Positions 25,315-40,000 of a stretch of DNA of 64,000 nucleotides are shown here, piece by piece (the first letter of the stretch is position 1; each line of letters opens with the position of its first letter). The stretch is from Octopus sinensis. Taxonomy: Eukaryota. The notes under the pieces were generated by a model, which did not search any database, was not told where the DNA came from, and saw nothing but the letters and a program-made list of their open reading frames with translations. Location of the stretch: the NCBI RefSeq assembly GCF_006345805.1, contig NC_043004.1, positions 46,066,001-46,130,000 of the forward strand, written 5' to 3'. The translations under genes and the position numbers were made by a program.

Positions 25315-25863
25315 GAGATAATAGTGCATGCCATCAAAGTGACACTGGGGTAAAATATACGAAGCCCAGTATACCCATCAAGACTACCCGTCTGATAAGG
25401 GTACACTAGGCACATGCATCACAACCATAAGTGCGCGACATATGATCTCATATCAAGATAAACAGCGCATGACCTTGCAGGTGGGGCCCAGTTAGAATTT
25501 TCTTCTGGTTGAGTAACCCATCCCGCTGAAAAGGTCCCTGAATAAGGATTCTTTAAGGATGTTCAACGAACTACCCATGTTTCCAAAACTGAATAATCCA
25601 AACCTCCAAAAATTCCTTTCAACACAAAGGTTATGATGACCCCCCACTACTTCTGCTCATGATCAGAGATGCACATATCATCAGTCACTAAGGGACATGC
25701 TCAAACAGTTAAGGTCAAACAACTGACAAGCAAATCTGTGGTATTGCGTAGAATATTTACTGTAGCCCATTTTTAAACCAAGACAAAGCAATGTACATGA
25801 TAACACTTCCAATCAGTTAAGATCAGAAGCCATGAGAGCCACTGTCTGGTATTGCATCAGTGC

Positions 25864-25867
<4 letters not shown>
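25315..25867 (-). mobile_element. ~550-bp non-coding element in (TAA)n, apparently full length (family N)
   Basis: Aligns along its length with 25975-26436 and with 36255-36415. No ORF and no obvious tRNA head. Orientation is inferred from the truncation pattern. Confidence 0.75.
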
Positions 25868-25946
<79 letters not shown>

Positions 25947-25974
25947 TATTATTATTATCGTTATTAATATTATT

Positions 25975-26436
25975 GCGTGAGAGAGCAGTGCTTGCAGTCA
26001 AAGTGACGCTGGCTTAAAATATAGCAAGCCCACAATACCCATCATGAATATCCGTCTGATAAGGGTACACTCGGCACATACATCACAACCATATTTTCAC
26101 GAAATTGTGATCTCGTATCAAGATAAACAGCGCGTAACCTTGCTAGTGGGGCCCAGTTAGAATTTGTTCTAGTTCGAGTAGACCATCCCGTTCAAAAGGT
26201 CCTTGAATAAGGGTTGTTTAAATATGTTGAACGAAACAAGAGGTGAATTGTTCAAACTCAAAAGAATTCCTCTCAGCACATGTCTATGGTGCTCCCCCAC
26301 TACTTCTGCGCATGATTAGAGATGTAAATATCGTCAGCCATTAAGGGATATGCTCACAGGTTAAAGTCAAACAACTGGCAAGTAATTCTAGTATTGAACG
26401 AATATTTACTGTGACCCATCTTTTTTTATACCAAGA
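25975..26436 (-). mobile_element. Family N, second tandem copy, lacking about 90 bp at one end
   Basis: Shares CAAAGTGAC.CTGG..CCGTCTGATAAGGGTACACT..GGGGCCCAGTTAGAATT..CCCCCACTACTTCTGC with 25315-25867. Confidence 0.8.
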
Positions 26437-26456
26437 ATATTATTATTATTATTATT

Positions 26457-27320
26457 CCCTTTGCACAGGTTCTTACGCTGGAACTAAGGTAACACCTGTT
26501 ATTTTCTGAGCACCTTCCGGAGTATGCGAGCGGTTCCAAGCACTGCTGTTTTCTGCAAGTACTCCGCCCTTATTGCTGCCCGCATTTGTTCCACGTATCT
26601 CTCGAGATTTTTTCTCACACTTCCCAGGGTTCCCACAATTATTAATACTACTGCCACCTTTTCAGCTTAACTTCCCGAGCTAACCTCTTATTTTTATCGA
26701 CTTTTCTTTCTTCCTTATCATATACCTTGTTGTCAGCTGGGCATGTTACATAAATGATCCAGCATAGTTTGTTTTCTTCCTCACTTAAGACTATGTCCGG
26801 CTTCCTATTCTCTATCTCATGGTCGCACTGAATCATAATATCCCATAGGATCTTTGCATTTCCATTTTCGACGATGACTCCAGGTTTGTGGTCCTACCAA
26901 TCTTTTGCTTTGTGAAGTCCATAGTTGTTGCAAAGTGTCCAATGGACAAGCCTGGTTGTATTGTCGTGGCGCCTCATGTATTTCTTCTGGGCTAATGGCG
27001 TACCATGACTGGTAATATGCCATACAGTTTCGCCGTTCTCTCCATAGATTCTGCACTTATCTCTTTCTGCTGTGTTGTCTATTCTGTATTTTATGTAGTT
27101 TGTTCTTAGCGCCTGCTCTTGGGTGGTACAGCTTAGAGCATCCGTTTCTGGTTTTAAATCACTTTTAGTCATCCACAGCCATCTTTTTTTCTCTGTGTCT
27201 TAACTTCAACATCCTTGTGAAATTAACCCTATATTCTTTTCTTTACTCACCTATTTTCAGTTTCCATCGTTTTCAATTTCTTGTATAATCTTTGAAATCT
27301 TTCATCCTACACACGCCTGG
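26457..27320 (-). mobile_element. 5'-truncated RLE-type non-LTR retrotransposon 3' end
   Basis: Frames give LKPETDAL..QEQALRTNY..CRIYGENGETVWHITS..RRHD..VHWTLC and DHEIENRKPDIVL..IYVTCPAD. (TAA)n at the 3' side. Confidence 0.9.
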
Positions 27321-27544
27321 AATATACACAGCACATAAATACAAATATATGTGTATATATACAACATACGAATACTTACATATACGAACGTATACATACA
27401 TATATATGCATGTATGCAAACGACCAGTTTAAATTGCCCGCCTAAAACTCCTTGTGCGCTATACGTGCATATATATGTATGTATACATTCGTATATGTAA
27501 GTATTCGTATGTTGTATATATATATTTGTATTTATGTGCTGTGT

Positions 27545-27750
27545 CTATTCCACTGATGAGGCAAAGCATTTCTTATGCAGAACCAGAATTCCGGGATCTA
27601 GAATTATCCAGTAATTTTTTTGCTAGATTATTTTGTCGTTCTGTCTTCTCTCCTGGTGCTGTATGAACATTTAATGTGGTTTTAGAGTCAGGTTTTGGCT
27701 GCTATTTCTAGTGTGGTGGTATCTGTTAGATACCCTAAATTATAAATTTA
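27545..27750 (+). repeat. Probable pLTR fragment with degenerate hammerhead core
   Basis: CTGATGA (27553-27559), G, GCA..TGC, AGAACC. The downstream part is homologous to 12560-12700. Confidence 0.5.
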
Positions 27751-28744
27751 TAAATAATTATTACCTTTGAATGTTTTTATTCTCATGCTTGCCACTTGAT
27801 AAGATCGATATTTAAATAACGATCTTATCCTTATATAAATTTATATAAATGTGAAAAGAGATAGATTGATAAATAGACAACAAATGGAGGGAAAGTTATA
27901 AGGGGATATGTACAGTCAGATATCAGATGCATCAATGGCTAAGTTTCCAAACACGCGCACTCACGCGTGCGTATATATTTATAAATGTATATACACACAC
28001 ACATGCACACACTTTACAGGTACACACGTATATATACACATTATTGTGAATGTGTATGTGTATGCATGTGTACATGTAATATACAAAATATAACAGATGC
28101 ATTTAATGCTTCATGCATTAACATTTATGCTCTTGAAATTATTGAATTCTTGTTAAATGCAGAAATTTAGACAAAACATTCTTCGCAATTCATCACATGA
28201 ATTATATTTATATGTATGAATGTGATTACACATATACTTACCGACAAAACAGTATACATACATTAAAGAATGTAGGCTTATTAGGCAACCTTAGCATATG
28301 CGTAAAAGTGCCTAGATCTAAACATTACTCAACAAAACATATACACTTGCATATATGCTCTTATATATACGCGTATGTGTTTGTACATTCATTTACATGA
28401 ATACACATATACGCATGTTTGCTCACGTGTTTATGTGTATACACGATACAGAATCACGTATGGAAGTCTGCATCTAGCATGGATGTACATATTTTGTACA
28501 TATTTTGTAAACATACGCATTCATGTATATCATATATATAAGGAAGTGAGAGCGAACGAATACGAAAATTGTATCAAACTTAAGAAATCTTATGCTGAAA
28601 AGACTTTTCCTAACATATTATTAACTGCTGCTAATAGATCCGCTCAAGGAAACCTACTTCGCTCCCCGTGGATTTATACATACAACTCATTTTGAATGTA
28701 TGTAAACAAGTATGTTTATCTTTATGCATTCATGTATGTATGCG

Positions 28745-28798
<54 letters not shown>

Positions 28799-29046
28799 TA
28801 TATACACATATATAGATATATATTATATACATAATCTTTGCATACACACAGATATACGCATAATTACACGTATATATATATATATATATATAGATGTGTG
28901 TGTGTTTATAGGAGTGGCAGGTCAAACATGCATACACATACCTACTTATATATATGTGCGTGTTTGTGTATGTGTATGAATATTTGTCTATGACAGTCAT
29001 ATAAATAGTTATGTATATATGAGTGTGTGTGTGTGTATACATACAT

Positions 29047-29113
<67 letters not shown>

Positions 29114-29943
29114 GGATAGTTAGATAGATAGATATACACACGTATATATATGTATGTATAAATTCTACATGATTGCCTGGGGAAGCTAGGCGTGTTACTG
29201 AAATCTGTCTAAACTACGTCTCTATAATATGAAACTATTAATAACGCATAATCATATACTATATACATTAAACGATGCACACACACACATACATATGCAT
29301 TTATACATACATATCTCTACAGATGTATACAGATGCTCTCGCCCCTATTGACATTCTCCGACTAAGTGAAAGTCTATGCCTTATAAAATATATTCTCCTG
29401 TGTATTAGTGTGGACATGTCGATGTATGTGCGTGCGCATGTGTGTGTATACGTGTATGTTGTGTGTTTATGTGTCAGCGTGTAGATTAATATAAATTGGC
29501 ACTATATAGCTCACAATCATATCGTTGTAAGGTGCACTTATGTGTATCTAAGTGTATTTTAGGATACTTAACAGGCCTCGATATTTTTATCAGGCACAAA
29601 CCCAGCCAGCCAAGAAGTCACGCTAATGCAAACAGCGAATATCGCGTGAACAGTTTTTATACCATTTCTATTTTTCAATATTTTTACGTATCAACTTTGT
29701 GGATTTAATGTAAGTTTACTTCATAAATGCCGTATTTATAGATCATTCCAAATGTACCCTCAAACTAGTGTATACATATCTACACATATTTATGCATAAT
29801 ACCATGCATACGTATATAAGTATGGTTGTACGTATATTCATATTTACAGATCCATACAGAAGTAAATTTATATTTATCGATGTTTTTACATATGCGTCTC
29901 TGAACCAGTCGCTATATATCAATATATCAATATATATACGTAA

Positions 29944-29978
<35 letters not shown>

Positions 29979-29986
29979 ATATTATA

Positions 29987-30045
<59 letters not shown>

Positions 30046-31873
30046 TTATATGTGTGTGTGTTTGTGTGTATGTGTGTGTATAATATATATATACTGTTAA
30101 CATTTAGGTTCTTCAATGATATTTAATAGTATTTATATTTCTCTTTGCATGGGTGCTTCGACAATACATCAGTGTCTATTTGTCTGTATCTAGGTTAATG
30201 TTTACATGTCTGCCTGTTTGTACTCTTTCTCTTTTTCCTTTCTCTATAAATATACTTATATGTTTGAGTGTGTGTGTGTTGTGTGTGCGTAACTGCGTGT
30301 GTGTAAGTGTTTTATATATATATATTTATATATATATATATATTCATACACAGATACATATATGCATATATTCATACACACACATACATACACACGCGTG
30401 CGCAGACACACACTCGTATGTATGCATGTATGTAGAGATACATACGTGTATTCAATAATAGTAATGCATATCCTTTGATAACGACACTTTCAGTAATATA
30501 ATAGAATTCTGACTAAATAATGTGTTTGCTCTAGTTTCGTGCAATAGGTTACCCACATGCTTCAGTGTCTTTTTTAAAGAATTAAACACAAAATTGCAAA
30601 TATTTATATATCCTATAATGTATAGTAGTTGAAGTCATACAATAAAAGAACTTCGTTAAATAATTCGTATTTCATGTGAATTGAATTTTTGTTCGATAAG
30701 TGCAATGTTGTTACAATATTTGGAACTAAAAACGGAATAATGTTAATAATTTTACGAAACTTTTCTATCAATAAAATATACTTGATATTGGTCCTTGAAA
30801 GTGGAGCCTAAAGGTATGTAAATAAAATCTGTCTTCTACAAACTTTGGTAATATTTTCCTGTCGTTTACACATATTCTTTAATAAGCAGGTGTAAGCGTA
30901 ATTATAAGAGCTTGTCACGAGTAGCAAAGCGAAAAGTGAAACACAATCTTCATCGTGTCAAACACGTGAAATTTTCAGTTTTTAAATCCATCTTGCTAAA
31001 ATCTATCTCATTTCACATGATCAGATAATCCATTTCCATATCTCCCTAATTATAAATAGAAAATACTTCTGTACGGCGGAAAGGAAATCCAGTACTATGC
31101 ACTGACAAATAGGAAAACCTAGGTATATTAACTATACTTGATGCATTTTCTGTTACTTTGGATTTTTTCGTAAAGGACATGAATTAAATTGATGCATATA
31201 TTGCAAAATGGATGTATCTGAACTTCTAGTTCATGCTCCAGAAACAAATATTGATTTTTCATATCCAAATATAATCATATCTGATTGTGGTGTGTATATT
31301 CGCAGAAAGGAATTTAGAAATTTAAGCGCCATATAATTTAATCGCAATCTATGTTACAATTTCGTGCTTTATTTTGAGTTCTTTTTGTTCGTTTATTCAC
31401 TGCACAGTGTCAGAGTATTTTAAAACCTGCAAGATAGATTCAAGGATTTTAAGAGATATCCTAAGTTAATATGTAGTTCGAGAGATTGCAAGTTTCGTAC
31501 ATCGAATATTTTCCTATTTATACTTGAATATGCTTTAGGTATATATGATCTAAATGCTGTTAATTGAAGGCTAGAATGAAATAGGAAAAGGTATTGTCAG
31601 AAATACTCAACACATGAATTCATATCTCCTGTGTGTAAGACATCGCTAAAACGAGTGATGCCTATTTAATTTACCATGTTGCGACATTCCGGAAGTAAAA
31701 CTAATATAAAAATTATTGAAGTATGCATTTAGTTTTCGATTCGCAGTAATAGGTCAATTACATAATAGCGCTTCTTAAAACCTGCATTTTTCCTTCTAAT
31801 GAAACGTGAGGCTGTTGTAGCAAGTTAATAGAGGCCAGAATAACAGTTGCTTATTACGGAGAACTATGTACAT

Positions 31874-31925
<52 letters not shown>

Positions 31926-32419
31926 GCACAAACACACACAGATTCACACACACAAGTCGATAATTATTTGTATAGCAAATAATTTGAGGATCTTATTGAA
32001 TACAACGCATCTGAATAAATTTTCTCTTCGTTCCAAAATAAAAGACAATTATGAGATAATGAGATACAAAGAAGAAGGAATGTCATTCTGAGGCTCACAG
32101 CATACTATATATATATATATATACATAACTTATTTCGGAATGGATGCGTGGTGTTCGATCATCTAATAATATTATATATATATATGCATATATACATACA
32201 TATATATTCATACCTACATATACATGTATGTATGCATGCATATATGTGTTTAGGACGTAAAAAAAACGTGAACAAAATAAAAAAACAAGAACATAAACAA
32301 ACAAAAGCATGGAAAACGAATTTGTTCTGAACAACGATAGAAACGAGACAGGTAATATAAAGAACAATCTCCCGCTTTGCCATATCAACCAAGTTTGTGG
32401 AGATACCTTACAGATGTTC

Positions 32420-32715
32420 TGGGACTAATGACATAAACTTCTTCTACTATGTTAGAAGCCTTTCAACGACGATTATCCTCCCCGCTTATTTTAACAAGAA
32501 GAAGGGTCCTGTCAGAGAGCCTTGGTCAACCTGATCGAGATAATGTGGACAACTTACTCTCTCTGGTAAATTGCACAATCACTCTATTAACTGTAGAAAG
32601 CGAGATCCCAAGATATTCTGCGATTTTCGCTGACTATGTCCACCTTCAGTTTGGCACATAATATGGCCTCTTTGAACTTCAGACAGGTCCAAGGCTTCTT
32701 TTGTACATGGCGGGA
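32420..32715 (-). mobile_element. Tc1-like transposase N-terminal HTH fragment
   Basis: Minus strand reads LDLSEVQRGHIMCQTEGGHSQRK/IAEYLGISLSTVNRVIVQFTRESKLSTLSRSG*PRLSDR with a frameshift. Confidence 0.75.
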
Positions 32716-32884
32716 TTAAACAGAGATATGTAGAACTTGAAACGAAAAAATGTCAATTAATAAAAAAATTATAAATCTTTACAAGTTAGAATAAACATAA
32801 AAATGTGCTTTACGTGGTACCTATTTACTTCTTTTATGTTTGTGTACATTGATAATGCCAGTCAATAGCATATATACATATAAG

Positions 32885-33086
32885 TTCAGTAAAAATTTAG
32901 AGTCTGATGAATATGGCACTTAAGTTAAAGGCACCAAAATATGTATGGTATTATCCCTATAAATCAAATGGCGTGATTATAATCAAAATAAGCAACAAAG
33001 ATATCCAAACCAAAGGTGGTGCAAAGTGGCATGAAACGATTGTACTGCACTACCTTTGGATATCCTTGTTGCTTATTTTGATTATA
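32885..33086. mobile_element. pLTR-like repeat with an inverted partial copy (hairpin) and a hammerhead-like core
   Basis: CTGATGA at 32904-32910. Arms 32978-33023 and 33046-33086 are near-perfect reverse complements. Homologous to 5650-5806. Confidence 0.65.
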
Positions 33087-33092
33087 TATATA

Positions 33093-33130
<38 letters not shown>

Positions 33131-33577
33131 GATTATAATTTTTATGTACTATAGAAATACATTATAAATTGATCTGATACCTTGAAAATGCTAGTTCGTG
33201 TTTTTACTAAATGTTATATATGCTATTATAATCCCATTGCTGCTTATCGCCTGATAAACCTCTGATGAAGTTATACCCGAAGATATGGCAATGTTACGTA
33301 AACTTGTTATAGCATAATTCATGTGTAATCTCTCATGATATTGCATGATGTGTTAATAATTAATTTGCTACTGAAATACGTGTTGTAACAGCCTAATTAT
33401 CCATTTGTTTCGTGTTCAATAATATATATCTCCTCACACATATATATATATACATATATACATGCATTCATACATAAATACATACATATATATATACATT
33501 AATATATACATATCTATATATATATAACTATATGCATGTCTATATGTACATATACATGCTTACACACACAAGAACGC

Positions 33578-33630
<53 letters not shown>

Positions 33631-36254
33631 TACATACATACATACATACATACATACATACATACTACATACATACATACTTATGTATATATGTACTTAT
33701 GTGTGCGTGCATGTCTATATAAGTATGATATTTCTATTTTTTCTGAGACGTGATTATACCATATTCTCACTTTGATTTTACTAACATTTGCTAGAAGCTT
33801 CGTAGTAAAATTTAACACCGAATCCAAAATGTCTGCCATATAATTGTGATTATAATTTTATTGTATCACTGTACGACAAATTTTTACAGAACTGACACTA
33901 ACTTCCCCAGTTGTTTAACATACTTTTTCCGTTGGCTTTTTAGGCATTAGAGATATATTTCCGTTTTGCAACTACACACCTGTGAATACCTGTTCAATGG
34001 ATAATCAAATATTGATTGATTTCGTGTGCCACGTTTAGTCTATATTACTGTATCTCACCGCTGTTGCACACAAATGTATCATTAAGAAATTTTAAATTGA
34101 AATGTACAAAATAAGCGTAGATGGACATATGCCACTACGAGCGGAAAGTGTAATATCATTTAGATGTATTTGTGAGTCTCGATCGTTCCTATCAAGTTCC
34201 CTTAGGTAACACAAACGTCATAACTAGTGTAGCAACTTTCATGAGTAGTGATAAAATTTTCTTGCTTTGCAAAACTGTAGAATTGCAGTGGAGTTTAAAT
34301 TATGCTTTTAAGACATTTGTATTTGGAGTCGAGAAGAAAAAATTATCTCTCTAACAAGAAAACTGCATTTTACAAGGATTTCTCAGTAGCCGTGCTTGCG
34401 AATATTTTACTTCAGTTGAAGGCAATTGTTTGCTGTCATGTTTATGCTGCATATAGGGATATTAAAAACCAAGAAATGAAACAATAAGCAGATCCAAATG
34501 TTGAGCCATCACCAACAGATCTAATTCATTAAATATTATTGGATCGTGTTTTAAACTGTGTAATAGTAGGAGCGTTAATGTTTTGAAGAATTTTGTTGTG
34601 TTGTGTTGCAAGTCCTTGTTTCATCCATTTAACACTCTCTCCTCTAACCTTGAGCGAAACAGTAAAGTACTTAGTAAATGAGTATCCGAGTATCTGATGT
34701 AACTTCAAACACTGCAACTGAAATACCTGGATGCATACCCTTAGTAATGCTTGAACTTTAAATGGCGAAAAAAATGCACAAATACCAAATAACTACATTA
34801 TTCAGGATTGTGACACGCATCGGTTAATATTAGCGTTCTAAAACTTGGCGATGGAATAATAATAATACACAAATCGACACAGAAAGATCAAGAAAAAGAA
34901 ATTATTTGTTTTATAAATAAGATGCTGCATGTTTTATACGAAGTGGTGTAGTATATTGTTCTGAGCACATTAGAGGTACATGCACGTCAAAAAGATGATG
35001 TAAAAAGACAAAATAACTGCAATAAGATGTTTTGATTGGCACTATATTTTTGCATCATTACAACATCCTGTATATAATCTCAAATAATATGCTAGAAATT
35101 CTGCGATTCTTTCTCCACACCATAGAATTTATTCAAGCAGGTCGTACATTTTTCTTAGCGTTCTATATTCTGATATCTAGATTCGCTTTTTATTTCTTGT
35201 AGATGATTTACATTCATATAACAGTGTGTAATAAATCAGCGTGTCTTCTTTGATATTTCAGACATAATACGAATATTTTTGTAAAATTCTGGATACATTT
35301 TTTTTTGTATAACTGAATGCTTTATATATGAAAATTATTCATGTAGTTATACATCAATGTTTAGCTATCATTAATGTATTTTTTCATCTTACCTTTGATG
35401 TTTTTGGAATCTATCATCTGAACTGATAGACAACTGGTAGGTAAAATCGTATTATTCATTGCAAATATATATTTGAACAAAGATAATATCTCTTGTTATA
35501 TAATGTTAGATTTGAATCCCCGAATAGCAATATTACAGCTATAAATATTGACAATAAGAGACAAAAGTTACCTCGCTACAAATGTTGTGTTATACATTTC
35601 CTTTAAGGTAAAGAAATAAACTCGTGGCACATTTCTTTCCCTTGAGAAATAATAATCTGTCATTCGTATACATACATACATCCCCAAAAACCGTCAACCA
35701 TTAAAAATGATATTTGCATATAGACGTGCATAGAATTTTCGTGGTTTCAGCTGAAATTTGAAATGAATGAATGCAATTTTCTTACAAAGAAAACAAAAGA
35801 AGCACTAATACAAGAAAGGGAAAAAAATTTCATAAGAATCTTGAAAATAACCAAAGTTAATTTTTTGGCTGTTACTCAAGTAAAACATATTACTTTGGAT
35901 GAGGCTTTAGTGGTATGAAATATCGAAACGAAGTTCCGACGCTGAATAAAATACTTGTGTTCTGTGTGGAATAATTCAGGAAATATGGTACAAAATTTTA
36001 ATTTTCTGCTTTTTTCCTGTAAAAAGGTGTCTATCTTCTGTTACACTGTCTAACAAAATGCTTGTTTTCTTTTTTGCCCTTTGTCAGTAAGTGTTATTTC
36101 CTATCTGCTTCAATCTAGAAATCAAAGCAAATGACTACTATTGTCGTCAAACTCTGCTTTCGTGACCTGAACACCAATGTTTTGAAACTGACGTATTTTC
36201 CCCTACATTTGAGACAGATTTAGCCCTGAGTTGCTGAAGCAGAAATATCGTTAT

Positions 36255-36415
36255 AGCAAATATTCTAGAGATTTACTTGTCAGTTGCTTCACTTTAATCA
36301 CTTGAGCGTGTCGCTTAGTTGGTGACAATATGTGCATCTCTCATCACGAGCAGGAATAGTAGGGAAGCATCATAGCCATGTGTTGTGAAGGATTCTTTGA
36401 GGTTTGAATAAATTT
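36255..36415 (+). mobile_element. Internal fragment of family N
   Basis: GATTTACTTGTCAGTTG..TGTGCATCTCTCATCACGAGCAG..GCATCATAGCCATGTGTTG is the reverse complement of the 25600-25750 region. Confidence 0.8.
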
Positions 36416-37141
36416 AAAAGCATCAAAGTTTGAAAGAAATAGACATATTTCATATTTTCTAGTGGTGAATAAATAAGTAATAACAGTTGCTACTGAAGGA
36501 AAAACATCGGGGTACAGTGATCATTTCTTCTGTGTCTTTTTTTATTTAATTTCTCCCTATAAGTGATATTTGAAGTGTCATATTTTCTGATCTTTAAGTC
36601 TCTATTGATCTACTCGTCCCACTGGCTAAACGAAAAACTTGCGAATAATATATACAAAGCAAGAATGCTACTAATACTAATAGATATTTAGAAGACAAAT
36701 TTATTATATAATATAGCGTATGTCAATTTTCTACCTTTCCTGTTGTTATCGTAGCATGAGTGATTCCATATTCCGACAAAAGTTGAAATAATTGTTGTAA
36801 GCTGCCCAATTAAATATTTCACATAACCAAAGAGACTTGTAAGTACCTTGGTTGGCAACATCATGACAGCTGAACACCTGTTTTGTCTCATTATTCTTCG
36901 TTTTGTTTTCCATTGTATGAAACATTTTTTTATGTCGTAAATATTAGCAACAAACAAGGAGATAAGTGCTTATCATTCTTCATCTTTATATAAACCTAAT
37001 ATAAGCACAAACATGTATACGTACCACCACGCACAGATACATAGGCGCACGAAACTTTTTGGAAAAATAAGCAAGTAAAATGAGTGGAAAATTTAACACT
37101 GAGTGTTTAAAATTATAAGACACTAAAAGAGAATGACTAGA

Positions 37142-37172
<31 letters not shown>

Positions 37173-38485
37173 ATATATATATATATATTATATATATATA
37201 TATTATATATATATATAATATATATATATAATATATATATATATACTTGCAATGCACGATAGCGTTGCCTGAGTGTTATGACCTACAGCCACATTGTATT
37301 ATTTGTTTCTTTCTTATGGGCAGAATCAGCACACAAGGAGTGTGAAGCAAACAACTCTTCTTCGGTATTTTCAATGTTATTTTGTTCCCTCTCGCATGAA
37401 TCCTAAGTTATATTGATTTTTTTAATATACTAAACATACGAATTACTAACCCAAAATCTACAGGTCGATTTAATCAACAAAAAATTCTTAGAAGCAGTTA
37501 AATATTTCATTGCCTATATTTCAATGATTGAAATCAGTTAAGAAATGTTGAACTATGCCACTTTGTTGACACGTCCAATATCTTCCCCCTTTCCTTCAAT
37601 CGAAGGATGATGCCTTCTCTTTTACACTTCAGTATCTGAATGTTCATATGACTTTTTGCTGGGTTGATACAAACTAACACAAAATACTTTGGATTGAACC
37701 GTTTTCGCTTTGAGTGCAATTTTCGTGAAATCTGTTCCATCAATTAGAGGTGATATTCGTGCGTACTGAATCAAGTATATATTTCTCTAAATCAAAGACG
37801 GCGTGATAGAGGGCACTGCTGCATGTTAATGGCTTCTTGAATTACATACAATATATTTTTACATTTTTGCACTTAATAACTTTAAGCCCTTCAAGCATCC
37901 AGTTTAGATAGTAACAATTCATTAAGAGAAAAGTGGCATTATGCCAAAATTCCTAAATGAAGCCATTTCATTTCCTGTCTCTTTCAATACTCAGTCTATT
38001 GGCAGAGGTGTGAATATCACAGTATTTACTATGCAAATGAATATTTTTTTTTGTTATTACAATATTCGCATTTAAATGAAAAAATATCATTATTATCGGT
38101 ATATCTAACGTAGATGAGTTGAATAAACCTTATAGCATCAGACTTAATATTGTGTAATATTCGTTTCTAACTAATTTTCGTTTAATATATAACGTCTTAT
38201 CAGGTCAGCTATGTCATCCAGCCAAAACATAACGGTAATAAAAAAAAACTACAAGCCAAGAATTATTGAGGAGCAACACTTTAGCGTCTTGCGTTAATAA
38301 AACTACATATTATTATTAATATATTTTATCTCCTATTATTGGAATTATGCTAGTGTAATTTAGGAAAGACTGGTCTATTAAATCAATGTTGAAACATAAT
38401 TCTTTATTTCACTAAATGACACAGAAGGAGACAGAAAAGTTTACTTCTTGGAAGCAATATGTTTTTCTGTTTTTTTCCTGTACAG

Positions 38486-38536
38486 ATATTTCTTTGTAAA
38501 TCGACAGCAATTATTTACCCCAGACACTTTTCACAG
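38486..38536 (+). CDS. Candidate host exon, product unknown
   Basis: Strong acceptor TTTTTCTGTTTTTTTCCTGTACAG| and donor CAG|GTAAGA; 51 nt. Phase 0 gives IFLCKSTAIIYPRHFSQ; phase 2 gives YFFVNRQQLFTPDTFH. Confidence 0.45.
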
Positions 38537-38859
38537 GTAAGAAAGGAGGAGGAAAATGTAAAGAAATAAGATGATATTACAAAGGAAAAAAAAAACAGAT
38601 TACAAAATAAACAAAAAATACTGAACTGAATTATTTGCTTTGGTTATTCAATAAATACCCATAGAGATTGTATCAATTATTGATTTCATATCTAACAAAA
38701 GGAAGGAAATACGTAACGATAAGGATATATATATATATACACACACTGGCAAATATATATACATACATAGATACATATGTGTATATATATATGTATATAT
38801 ATATATATATATATACACATATAAATGTATATATACACATGCATACATGCATATATGCA

Positions 38860-38900
<41 letters not shown>

Positions 38901-39384
38901 ATGTATGTGTGTGTGCGTGTGCATGTATGTATAGATGCACACATACACACATAAGCAATAAGTTACAATTAATAGGTACAAACATAACGACAATTGTAAG
39001 AGAAAGGAAAATAAGTCTGTAATAAACATACACAATAGTATCCTCTGTGTATCTAAGGTGTCAATATTGTGTAAGGAGTTTGTTGATGTAAACTTGAAGA
39101 TTAGTGGATAAACAGCTAATAAATAACAAATGTTTTTTTTCTTCATATTTTGGCTTCTTTCTTTTTTCTCCGTAAAATATATTTTTGTACGTGTGCATAC
39201 GTATGCCTAGTTATGTGCACACACACACACGCATGCATACATAACCACTCACACACAGAGACGGAAACTGACCCACACACATACACCCACACACACCCTC
39301 TCTCTGTTTAACACACACACCACACATATACAAACACACATATATATGCATGTATTTAAGTTTACATTTATATGTATGGGTATA

Positions 39385-39426
<42 letters not shown>

Positions 39427-40000
39427 TAGATAGATATACATATATATATGTATATATATGTATATATATATAATATATATACACATATACATATATATAT
39501 ATATATAAATATATATATATAATATATATATATTATACATATATGTATATGCATATATACATCGACACATATATACATATATATATACACACACATGCAC
39601 TCAAACACACACATATATATGTATTCCTCCTGTGTGAGCGTGTGTAGGTGTGTACGTATGAGTATGTGTGGGTGTGCGTGTGTGGGTGTCTGGGTGTGAC
39701 GTTCTCTGGGTGCACTCGTTTTCTGTTTTTCACTTGCTGTCCAGAGCTATTTCTTTTGTTTGCTTTAATGAATGCGTCATTCTTTTACGTTTTTCTGTCT
39801 CTTCTGTTTTATTGGCGAATATCCTTTCCCTCACTGCCTTTCCTATCTTCTCTCCATTCTCCACCATCATCATCATCTCTGTCTCTCTCTTTCTCTCGAC
39901 ACACACTCATATATGTATACGCATGTATATATTTTATACATTATATACATATATATATACACACACACATATACATACATATACATATATATATGTATAG

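Noticed and set aside
31208-31336. 42-aa ORF MDVSELLVHAPETNIDFSYPNIIISDCGVYIRRKEFRNLSAI
   Set aside because: No homology or splice support; ORFs of this length are expected by chance.
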